DNA of 64,000 nucleotides from Octopus sinensis (taxonomy: Eukaryota). Numbering within the stretch: position 1 is the first letter of the stretch; each line of letters begins with the position of its first letter. The position numbers were made by a program, and so were the translations under genes. Below are positions 53,323 through 64,000 of the stretch, piece by piece. The notes under the pieces were generated by a model, which was not told the DNA's origin, ran no database searches, and saw nothing but the letters and a program-made list of their open reading frames with translations. The stretch spans positions 124,001-188,000 of the forward strand of contig NW_021835996.1 in the NCBI RefSeq assembly GCF_006345805.1, written 5' to 3'.

Positions 53323-55314
53323 TCAGACAAATGAGCCCACCAAACAAATTGCTGTCTGAACACAGAACAATGGCCATGCAATAATCGACAAAAATGGAAA
53401 CGCATAATTTCCATATACGAAATACTCTGAATAAATCAAATTAAACAGTCCAGCCACATCACCAACATCAGGAGGACTCCCTTTCCCCCAAAATAGCCCC
53501 AAAACTACCATAACAGTCGGACATGTCAATACAAATAAACACGTACCTACCAACCGCCTATAAAAATAACACAAAAAACAAACAAAATGTAAACTCTACT
53601 GAACATGAGGGTAAGAACACACCCACAAACAATGACAAACAAACACAGAGGAAGATGCAGAGACATCAGGAGAGAAGCAAGTCCACAGTACGCCAAAATG
53701 ACCAACATTCCCATAATCCGACAGCTTTGGAGAGACAGTCGACTCCGCAAAACAAACCTACCAATCACCCACCAAAAAATACCGAATAATAAACGGCAGA
53801 ATCAAAGCCAACAAAACAATCACAATCTCATCAGAAACAAGTTTAAATTCAGGAAAATGAGGCCACACAAAGTGAGGGAGTACATGTCTGTGGAGTGAGA
53901 AGACCCCAACAAGGACAGAGTACCCCACAACCACAGCAACCTCAGTACAAACCCTCCGAACCACTGTCTACCACCATCACACTAAAACACACCCCAAATA
54001 TATATGGAGAATATTCAAGCCATTTAGTTGACATTTTAAAGTAATCGAATGTTCCCAATAGAAGGACACACTAAATATAAGACAGCCAGTCCACCTGCAT
54101 ACACATGGGGACCATCAACATCCCAATCACCTTCGAGTATAAATACATCGGAATGCGGAGTCCCTGACCAGGCAGAACATAAAAGTGGTAGGGATAGAAC
54201 TGCTTGTAGGGGACAGTGACCCCTGGGATTAGCAGTGACTCAATATTCCTTCCCAGTACAATCATATCATAAGTGCTCAATTGGGGACTTCCGTGGTGGA
54301 TTGTCACCGAAGGGATGCCTGAATTTAAAAACACCGAATGATATTGGCTGGTAAAAGTAGCTGTTAATTGTTTCCATAAAAACAGAACACAATTTCTTGA
54401 AATTTTCAACCAATTCTGTAAATTTCGAGTCATCTGGGTCGTCAACAAAGAATACCTCATTTTCCATGATTAGACTATCGAGGACGACGGTGACATCACT
54501 GGGAGGGAGTACCCCATTACCCCCATAAATATCCACGTACGAAAAAGGACTCAAACTCCTCTCCAAATCCACCATCACTGCAAAATGAATGTCGCTAAAT
54601 GCCAGTGGAATGACGTCACTCATCACCACTATTACGTAATAATAAGGCGGGAACTTTTTGTGGTTGATTGTGCTGAATACCCGTCGAGGAATGCCTTGAC
54701 TCCGAAGGACCCCGCCTGTCCGAACACAAAGAGTATATTTTTAGACCAAATCGGGGACCCTGGTTCTCAAAAATGGGACCCACCTTTAAAAAAGTCCACC
54801 AGAGAATGAAAAAACGCGGGAAAATTGGTCCTGAATGTGGTCCCCCAACAAAAAATATACAACAAGAGTTCCCGCGTTTTGATCTCGTTGGGCGGGAAGA
54901 AGTCCAATAAGGTTAGAAGAGGATCCCTAAAGATATGAGCAGCCGACAAGGACTGAGTGTCCAAAATCTTTAAGAGGACTTTTAAATGTGAAGTTTTGAC
55001 GGAAAAATGTAACTCCTTCAAATTGTGGGGCCATCTGGACATATTCAAAGAATTTATCTCTGGGAATAAAACATTTTAATTACATTGAAGTCAGATTTGG
55101 GCTGTGGTGGTCAAAATTGTATATGCTCATACTCGGTCCTGGTGGATTAACAGGGCTATTTACCTGTGACTGCATTAAAGTCATAGGATGTGTTATTTGT
55201 CACAATTTTCTCAATTTTAAGGGTAAAAACAATTATTCCCAACAAAAAGTAGCACAGACTTAGCTTATGTCCATGTGCCACAACATTTTTATGAACCAGT
55301 TTACTTATAAACAT
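53323..55314 (-). CDS. GPAA1: GPI-anchor transamidase subunit GAA1
   Basis: Spliced: LSLCYFLLGIIVF (TM1), LLPAQR...GTLVV, IWSKNILFVF...GVKAFLDGY (cf. YWAKDIVF...AWLEAY), GGNGVLPPSD (cf. GLNGQLPNLD), GRNIESL...FYVLPG, then multiple TM helices. One homopolymer frameshift near 54845. Confidence 0.85.
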
Positions 55315-56406
55315 TTAGGGCACCACAACAACAAGTAGAATGAATAAATAATTAAAATAAATTAATTTCAATTATTTTTTAACATTCTTATATCGCATCA
55401 ACACAGGGATTTAAACTTTCGGAATAATTTAATATTATTTCGATGCTAAGACCGACCTCGGATTGTCACAACTTATAATCATGGCCTAAAATCTATTTAG
55501 TCTAAAACATGGGTTAGTAAACAAGTTTGATTGAGGCCCCACCTCTTTCTATGTAAAAATGGTAGAGAAAATTATTTAATTGCAATAAAATTTTGTGAAA
55601 ATGCTCGTTTTCCAGTTTCGACGGTCTTTAGTTAATTTTTTATTTGAAACAGTCATACGAAACTCATTTTTAATCAGTCAGTAAATATATTTAATGTTAT
55701 GAATATAAATGAATTTTTTATAATTACACAAGCCAAAGATTCGGGCGAAAATTTTTCTTTGGATCAACGCACTTTACGAATCTGATTTTAAAAGCGTTTC
55801 GTTATTCTTAAATTACCAGGAGTTACAAAATTTGAGGCTAAACAAGCACACCTTTTACCTCTTAACTATAAATATTTAACTTGGTACCCTTAATTTTTCA
55901 AATTTAATAATTAGAAGCAATTTATTTACATTTTTATCAATCAATATTCAAAATAGAATATTAGCAAAACAATATCAATAAGAATGTTGATTATTTTTAT
56001 TCGATTGTTAGTCCCAACTTTGCATACGCTTAGCTGTTGTATAATCTGACATGATAGAGGCATGGTCCTCCTAGTTAAGTTAGTGGCAGCTAATCAATAA
56101 ATGTCCATAGCTATAAAATAATATTTTGTAGCCTTCGTGTTTGTGTAGATGAGTTCATAAAGAACCAAAGTTTCTAACAAAAAGCATTTTTACCTTTTTT
56201 AAATAGCAAATTTTAAATGTTTATAAATTGCATTATTTTTATTTCGGGTGAATAATATTACCCTTTAAAAATAATCCGTGCTAAATATATAGGTAATTAA
56301 ATTAGTTATAACTATTTTTGACATTGATTTTGTCTACAAAGTACAATTCTGACCAGTGATCAACAAGAAATTAAATTCCACAACAAGAATGTTTAAGTAA
56401 AAAATT

Positions 56407-57009
56407 TCAATCGTGTTTGTATGGACAATTTCTAGGCCTTTCTTTATGTGATTTATATCGGCAGGGAGTTGATGCTTTCCTGTTCAAGTATTCATTGTAA
56501 ATCCGTTTCCTACTTTCTGCATCTTGTGGGATAAATGGTGATGGAGTGACGTTTACAAAAAAAGCCCGACAGAGAGGACAGATGGATCGAATAGTTTTCC
56601 ATTGAAGTGCACAGGAATAACATATTGGATGACTGCATGAGTCCAATACTCCATAACATCTCATTTTCGGATTTTCGTGGTTGAATGGGTTACAGAGGCA
56701 TATCACACAATCTTCGCTATTGGGCGGATTCTTTACTTTAAACTTTTTTGCTCCAGGTTGAAGCTCATGAGAAAACATAAGAAATATTAATATTAAAATA
56801 CTTGCATGATGAGTACGGACATTGAGTGTTTGTCCAGAAATACCAACAGACTTCACGAGCATGGTCGAGTGACAGATCGTGTGAAAATTTGCAATTCTCA
56901 CCTTTATTGCACACATAGTTCATATAATACCTACCAGGATAAAAATGGATTTTATAAACCTGCATGGGACATTCTTTAAGTAAGTTTGATCAAAAAGTTT
57001 GCCATTCAT
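56407..57009 (-). CDS. MKRN: Minimal makorin-type CCCH/RING E3 ligase
   Basis: PCRYYMNYVCNKGENCKFSH; CWYFWTNTQCPYSSCKFSH; RING CVICL...YGVLDSCSHPICYSCALQWK...CPLCR; terminal PCRY...CPYKH. Two introns (29 nt GT-AG; 25 nt GT-AT). Confidence 0.82.
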
Positions 57010-57479
57010 TTTAACGTTTTGTAGATTGATTTAGTATTTATAGTGATTATCTCGTGCGAGACGTGATTTTAATTAACGAATCACTTGACTTAATACCATT
57101 AAAAATTTCCTAGTAATTTTCACAAATTTGAAATTATAAATGACTTGGAGAATGTAAATAATAGTCCGTTGGTGGACTGTTTCCCCAAGAGGAGAAAATT
57201 TTTCGGGGACCAGAATAAATAAATTAAGATGAATTTCTGGGTTTGAAATGGAATTACACAATAATTTAGCTTACAATAATATATTTATCCAAAAATTTGT
57301 AATTAATTTTTTTAGACTGGTCTAATTGATCGCCGCGAAAATATCAGCTAAGTAATTAGATAATTTCTTAAAAATTTACGTGAAAAATATATTTGGCTGA
57401 CGATTTTAGAATTGACTGAATTATAAGGATTTAGGATACGTATACGTCGTTTTCCAACAAAAGACGTTATGTAAGTCGT

Positions 57480-57960
57480 AAATCAACCTAAAATGCCTTT
57501 CTTGGTTCGGTAATTGATAGTCAAAGAAAAGTCTCCATAATTGAACCAGCTTGGAAGTTTGAATTTACAGTGACATTGAAGCTTTACACACAAAGGATCA
57601 GAGGTCATCGGTAGTAAAATGCCAAAAATGCTTAGTTGTAATCTAAAAGACGATTTCGTCCCTAAAGTTTAGTGAGCTTACAGAGCCGTAAAGATATGCA
57701 CCAATTCGGAGATCTCGGAAACCCTTAAGACTGCCTCAGTCTCTTCTAAAGCTTTTAAAGCCGTTCTTAAATCTGGCTGACAATTACAACAATGATGGAG
57801 GTAAGGAAGTAACTAGTCTGTTTGATGATGAAAGATTTGTGGTCTTTAATGTGCCTTGAACGTAAGCCATCACAACCACCACAACTGTTTTCTCGGAAAA
57901 TTTAATTGCTCTTCTGATGTCTTCTTCTGTACGACTTAATGGACGGGTTTTATAAGGTAA
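57480..57960 (-). mobile_element. Degenerate CRE RT remnant
   Basis: SCGGCDGLRSRHIKD matches SSGGVDGLRPGHVRD of the 9.2-kb CRE. Confidence 0.5.
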
Positions 57961-59599
57961 GTATGATGCCTGAGGTCTCTAATGACAGGGAGTAAATGTA
58001 TGAGCTTTATGAGGTATAGAATCAGAAAGGACAGAGGGACTTTACGTAGTTTAGAATTTGGAAATTATTAATATTCCAAAAATTTAACGTAGCTGCTTTG
58101 TATGGTCGTAGAATGCTTAAGCTTTGACAATTAGTCAATACGAATCTGTACTTAATGGTTATGGTTGTAATTGTAAACGATTTCATTGTCAATTTTTTTA
58201 TCGATAGAATTCTCAGATAAAAATGAAAGGAAATGATAAGTTATTTTTACTATCTAAACTATATAATATTAAATTTTCAAAATTTGTTTGTTGACTCTGT
58301 ACACAATCTTCGTCGAAAGGAAAGAATAATCCGTTCTTATTGTTTATTTATATAGTTTTCAGGATCTCTGCATAAGTTCAAGATGAAAGCCATATTGAAT
58401 TAGATAAAATTATAGTCCATACTTGCAACATTTATTCTCTATAATTTTAATATTTTTGTAACATTAACATAATTTTTTTATAAGAATTTAGCTGTTTTTC
58501 ACGTTTATAAATTCAAAAGTTAATTTCAAACATTGATTTTAACTTAACTTATTCAATTATTTTTTGAAAACTTTTAACAGTTTGTTTTTTATCTAAAAGT
58601 GACTTACATGCCAATTTTTATTCACTGCGAGTACACGTTAGGAGTTAAATATTCCAGAAACTATATAATCATGGATGTTATTGTTTTTTTTTACTTTTTC
58701 ATTGTGATAAAGCCCCTAAACGAGAAAGGTTAACTAAAATTTTTTAAAAGACTGCATAACTGCTAAAACAATTGACTTATGACGCTTCCATAAAAAATGA
58801 CATCATTTATGTCAAATATTTTTAGTTGCGTTGGTTATTTGCGTCTAACATTAGATATTTTCATCTTATTTTATATTCAAATTCATCGCCATTTTAATAA
58901 TGTATTCTTGTCCTTATTGCGGATTGAATTTTTACTCTCCTTATCTCTATAGAAAACATTATTCTGATCTATGTTTAAAAATACCTTATTCATGTCAGAC
59001 AGGCTGTTTAGAATACCTAAGAGTATTTTAATAAATTTTATTTTTTAGAATATAGAAAACTGTGTTTATGACAATTCGTTAAATTATCATAGACTCTATC
59101 ATATAAAAAACAGACTATATAAGCTAGAGACTGAACAAAAAGGTGAATCAAATTTTTTAAATTTAGAAATGATTGAACAATTTAAATATCTTAAATTCAG
59201 GTTAATATTAAAATAGTTTAATACTAGGCATTACAAATGTTCGCCAAGGTATTGTGAAGGGTAGCTCTTAATATAATTTTAAGGATACTTGACTGTGATT
59301 GCGACGTATGCGGAATAGATTGTGAAATTAGGTCGTTTAATTAGTTTAATTGGCCTGATTCGTAGAGATCTGCGTAGATTTTATGAAAAATGTGGAGAGT
59401 ACGATCGAAAGTTAGAAAAAAAATTACTTATGCTCGAAAAATCTGCAAAACGATTGCATTACTACTAATTCAGAATTAGTAATAACTTTCAAATTTAATA
59501 AATTTTAACAATTTTTTTGAGCTCACTTTATTTTGTATTTGTTTATATAATAAAAGAAAAAATCCATTTTATGTAAACTATTATGAAATCACTAAACTA

Positions 59600-61560
59600 A
59601 AGTTTATTTTTTCTTTCTTTTATCTTCCTTTGAAGTATTAGGTGCACTGATAGCAGAACGTTTTTTACGTCTTTTGGGAGGATTGACATTTCTCACTGGG
59701 GTTACTCTTGGAATCTAGCCATGTAAATTAATTTTTAAAACCTCGGGATTAGAACCATATATTTGTTGAATAAATGGGTTTGTTGACGTATCTACAATAA
59801 CGTTAGAAAATTACTCTCATTTTGAATCGCCCTAATAATTAAATCTTGGTTGGATGTAGAAAAAATATTATTTACTATCGGGTCATCAGAAATTTCAGAA
59901 CAACTCCTTCCATAACAAGATTGGCATGTGGTCGTTTTATGAATAGCCAACTCAGTAAAATCTTTTACGTGAGTTTTACAAACCTAAAAAGTGTATATTT
60001 TATTTTAAAAAATGGGTTAATTTTGATATTTACCTTGCATTCGAAAATAAGATTAGCATTCTGTGCCAAAACTGACATAATTTGTTCAAGAAAAACATCC
60101 TCGTCAGTTATCGAGTCGCTTTTTTCCGAATCTGACATTCAATCAAATATTTTTTTAGATTTCGGTTTCAATATATATAAACATCGTTGTTATTGATTAT
60201 AATTTTAGTACAAATTAGTCAATGATTTTTTTTGCTTCAAATTTGTATTCGATTAGGTCTTTTAGATTGGGGGTTGATTAAAATAACTGACATTTTATTA
60301 AAATTTCATATTTTGTAATTTATTCTTGAATTATTTATGAGGTTTGGTTTCGAATGGAGAATGTTCAGATAATTATTTTTCGCGTTCCTGCCATGTAGGG
60401 ATTTTGTAGTTAGTTTGCTGAATTACTTTTCTAGCCTATTTCTAACATGGTATTGTAAGAATACATCAACTGAATTTTATAATTTACATAAATTAAAATT
60501 CATATTTCGAGGAATAATTGTTGATTTGCTAATATATAATCTATAGTGAATTTGTAAGGCTTTGAAGTTTACAAAATTCTTTATTAATGAAACAGCCACT
60601 TAATTCAATTGTAATTCATTTGCTTCTTCAATTAAATAAATCTAGAAAGTACGAAAAATCAAATTTAAAATTTTTAAGACAGAAAAAGACACTCCGTTGG
60701 ACAGAAGACGTGACATAGACTTTAGTCCTCCGAGGCACATTCTACCACTTTGTCCACTTAGAAATTTGGTGATCCATAGTTTGAGCTTTCCTGTAAACTG
60801 TTTTTGAAATATTTTTCTTAATAAAATCCTTCTTGAAAATAAGTTAAAAACTTTGTGTATATCGACGGAAGAGAGTACTGTTTTAGGTATCCGGGTTTGT
60901 TTGCAAATTCAGTTCTAATGAATTCAATAAATGTCTATAATTATTTGGATGTGGATTTTTCATTTTTGAACCCATGTTAAAATGACCTTTCCGGTAAAAT
61001 TTTTTTATTTCTCTAGGCACCAATTTCTCCAGGATTTTTACCATTGAACATAAAAAGACACAGGTCTAGAAGACGTGGGGTCATCTCTAAGTTTTCCAGG
61101 TCAGTGTCGACTTTATTAGTGCCTGTTTTCATAATGACAGTATCACATTTTGTTTGATCGATTAGTTGCAGATAGCTGTTAGAACTCCTCCGTCGCCAAG
61201 ATTTTTTAAAAAAATAACCGGGATGTTGTCTGAACCACGAGAGCATGTCGTTTTGTGGAATATAAAGTATTCAATTAAGAAGTATTTTTCCACCTTGTGC
61301 ATAACATCAGTACGAAATAATGAGTCAGAATCTTTAAATAAAGACCCTCTACCCACTTCTGATGACAAATGTGAGGAAATGACTGGATTAGCGAGGATCA
61401 AATAAAATATTTTACAGAGTCTTGTTAAGAACAGTTGAGTACATATAAGCCTGTAGAGCTGTATCTAACAAGCTACTTTAAGTAACTTTTGTTGTATTTG
61501 GTGTCATTGGAGGTGTGGATTGACTATAGCTCGTTGTCTTCTATTCTCACTAGGATCTTC
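59600..61560 (-). mobile_element. Old, heavily decayed LINE RT remnant
   Basis: LFLTRLCKIFYLILAN...LFKDSDSLFR resembles the RT ISLL...KIFE...QSGFR region. Many stops. Confidence 0.4.
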
Positions 61561-61608
61561 TCACTAAATTTGATGAATATTAATGTCTAAAAATTCATGT
61601 ATAATAAC

Positions 61609-61818
61609 TAGGGCAACCAGAAATATGACCGTAAAAAATATGACTTTATGACTTTAAAATTCTAAAATATAACTTAAAAATATTAAAATATGACCTAAAA
61701 AATCAAAATATGACCTATCGAATTTTAATTTTTAGATATTCTGAATTTGAAAATATGAAAAAATTAAACATTTCAATCAATGAATTTATTATAATATTGC
61801 ATCGTATAATATTTAATA
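61609..61818 (+). mobile_element. Left end of a hAT copy (same TIR family as 47718-47732), interrupted by a Helitron
   Basis: TAGGGCAACCAGAAA followed by repeated AAAATATGAC subterminal motifs. Confidence 0.65.
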
Positions 61819-64000
61819 CTAGCTCGGCAGCTCGCTTCGCTCACCGCGACCTAGCTCCTGCGGAGGGCCTGTTTCATCAAACAACTATAAGTTTATGTAG
61901 ATGTATAAAACTACCTGGTTTAATGTAACCCTATTCTATCGCCTGTTGATAAACGATGTTTGTCGTCCGTCCTTCCTTGGCATATATGAATAAATTTTCT
62001 CTTCTGCCTACCCTCGAGCATCCCACATACAGCTGTCCATGTGAAAAGCACTCACTCTCTAAAAATAACCCAACTACCTTTAATGACTGTCCCTGGGCCT
62101 TGTTTATTGTCATTGCAAAACTCATCCTCAAAGGAAATTGCAGCCTTTTAAATCTAAATGGTAATTCATCAGAAATTATCGGAATTCGTGGAATATAAAC
62201 ATCCTCACCTCAATACTTACCTGTTAATATCGTCGCCTCTATTACGTTAGCCATCTTTCTTCAGCTTCATTTTTCCTCCTTCGGTTATCTATTTAAAAAA
62301 TTATTTTTGAATAATAAAAAATATTAGGAAAAAAGAGGCATACAGAAAATAAATTCTATCTTTACGAAAAACTTCTTTTTTTAAGGTCGTCTTCCCTCTT
62401 TCGGTTATCTATTGAAAAAATTATTTTTGAATAATAAAAAAATTTAGGAAAAGAGGCATACCGAAAATAAATTCTATCTTCACGAAAAACTTAACTAAAT
62501 AGCTAATATTTTTACGCAAATTCTTCTGATTGCGCTGTCAATTGGTGGTAAATTGTGTTAATGATTGTGCTAATGTGGTTTCAACTATCAAAGTGTTTTT
62601 CAAAATCAGTTAATTGCACACTCTATTCAAGGTCGTGCGTCAATTGGTGGTAAATTGTGTTAATGATTGTGCTAATCTGGTTTCAACTATCAAAGTGGTT
62701 TTTCAAAATCTGTTAATTGCACACTCTATTCAAAGTCGTGCAATCTGTGATTGCACATTCTGTCAAAGTCAAATATGATAATAGCTTTAATTTTGATTCA
62801 TGGTCGATAATGATATATGCATTTAATTTTAAAGAGAAAAACATAGGATGAATTGAATTTCTTTATCGCGAATAATTGGGAGTTCATCATTGTTAATATT
62901 CTCGCTGTCGTTTTCATCAAGGATATTCTTAATACGTGAGATTTTTGCCTTGAAGGTTTTAATGGACCTCATCATGAATGTCGAGGACATTCGCGTTGTT
63001 CATTTTAATCAAAATGCAGAAAATAATTTTTTGATTTTTTGGGGGGGAAGGTTTTAAGGACTTCATCATGTAAGTCGAGGACATTGTAGTTGTTCATTTT
63101 AACCAAAATGCAGAAAATTTTTTTTTAATTTTTTTTGGGGGGGGTTTTAAGGACTTCATCATGTAAGTTGAGGACATTGTAGTTGTTCATTTTAACCAAA
63201 ATGCAGAAAATTTTTTTTTAATTTTTTTGGGGGGGAAGGTTTTAAGGACTTCATCATGTAAGTCGAGGACATTGTAGTTGTTCATTTTAACCAAAATGCA
63301 GAAATTTTTTTTTAATTTTTTTTGGGGGGGAAGGTTTTAAGGACTTCATCATGTAAGTCGAGGACATTGTAGTTGTTCATTTTAACCAAAATGCAGAAAA
63401 TTTTTTTTTAATTTTTTTTGGGGGGGAAGGTTTTAAGGACTTCATCATGTAAGTCGAGGACATTGTAGTTGTTCATTTTAACCAAAATGCAGAAAATTTT
63501 TTTTAATTTTTTTTGGGGGGGAAGGTTTTAAGGACTTCATCATGTAGGTCGAGGACATTGTAGTTGTTCATTTTAACCAAAATGCAGAAAATTTTTTTTT
63601 AATTTTTTTTGGGGGGAAGGTTTTAAGGACCTCATCATGTAAGTCGAGGACATTGTAGTTGTTCATTTTAACCAAAATGCAGAAAATTTTTTTTTAATTT
63701 TTTTTGGGGGGGAAGGTTTTAAGGACTTCATCATGTAAGTCGAGGACATTGTAGTTGTTCATTTTAACCAAAATGCAGAAAATTTTTTTTTAATTTTTTT
63801 GGGGGGGAAGGTTTTAAGGACTTCATCATGTAAGTCGAGGACATTGTAGTTGTTCATTTTAACCAAAATGCAGAAAATTTTTTTTTAATTTTTTTGGGGG
63901 GAAGGTTTTAAGGACCTCATCATGTAAGTCGAGGACATCGTATTGCCAATTTGAAGTTGGTGTGCACACACAGACAGACAGACAGACAGACAGACACACA
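61819..64000 (-). mobile_element. Non-autonomous Helitron: Pif1 helicase C-terminal remnant, GC-rich hairpin + CTAG|T 3' end, repeat-rich internal region
   Basis: NVIEATILTG...IPRIP...FKRLQFPLRMSFAMTINKAQGQSL...FSHGQLYVGCSRV. The minus-strand end reads GCGGTGAGCGAAGCGAGCTGCCGAGCTAG|T. That the repeats at 62270-64000 belong to the same element is inferred from contiguity. Confidence 0.85.
62980..63938. repeat. Tandem array of about 10 x 95-bp units, followed by an (ACAG)n microsatellite
   Basis: Unit GTCGAGGACATTGTAGTTGTTCATTTTAACCAAAATGCAGAAAA(T)nAA(T)n(G)nAAGGTTTTAAGGACTTCATCATGTAA, varying mainly in homopolymer lengths. (ACAG)n at about 63969-63995. Confidence 0.95.

Noticed and set aside
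53523-53898. Plus-strand N/Q/T/K-rich ORFs
   Set aside because: They are antisense to the GT-rich transmembrane exons of GPAA1.
47718-61623. Matching hAT TIRs at 47718 and 61609 as a composite transposon carrying GPAA1 and makorin
   Set aside because: The orientation is wrong: one is a right end and the other a left end, so the intervening 14 kb lies outside both elements.
62980-63938. 95-bp array as a CRISPR array
   Set aside because: Units are contiguous and identical apart from homopolymer length, with no unique spacers and no cas genes. The context is eukaryotic.

Overview
AT-rich eukaryotic genomic DNA from an animal, shown by the PB1-C1-kinase atypical PKC. Almost all its spliceosomal introns are only about 19-32 nt, which points to a highly reduced parasite such as a dicyemid or myxozoan (inference; the species cannot be fixed from sequence). 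A QCR8/UQCRQ gene implies an aerobic respiratory chain. Host genes recognised after manual splicing: DRAM-family protein, UQCRQ (x2), GH18+CBM14 chitinase (x2), aPKC, VIRMA (split in two), ITPK1, an SLC17 transporter, a truncated C-type lectin, GPAA1 and a minimal makorin. Roughly half the window is nested mobile DNA: Ginger2/TDD-like integrase transposons, hAT, pogo, MULE, Helitron, and CRE, RTE, R4/NeSL-like and Jockey/I-like non-LTR elements. The most unusual observations are: (1) a Ginger2 family carrying host-sized mini-introns at conserved positions, next to an intact intron-less relative; (2) a segmental duplication in which neither copy has a contiguous full VIRMA and the two UQCRQ copies carry complementary defects; (3) several non-canonical splice sites (GC-AG, GT-AA, GT-AT, GA-AG); (4) a Helitron carrying nested tandem repeats, part of which forms a foldback right behind the truncated VIRMA. 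Several essential genes need single-base corrections in homopolymers, so the assembly probably has long-read indel errors. All alignments were done by eye and coordinates of degenerate elements are approximate.
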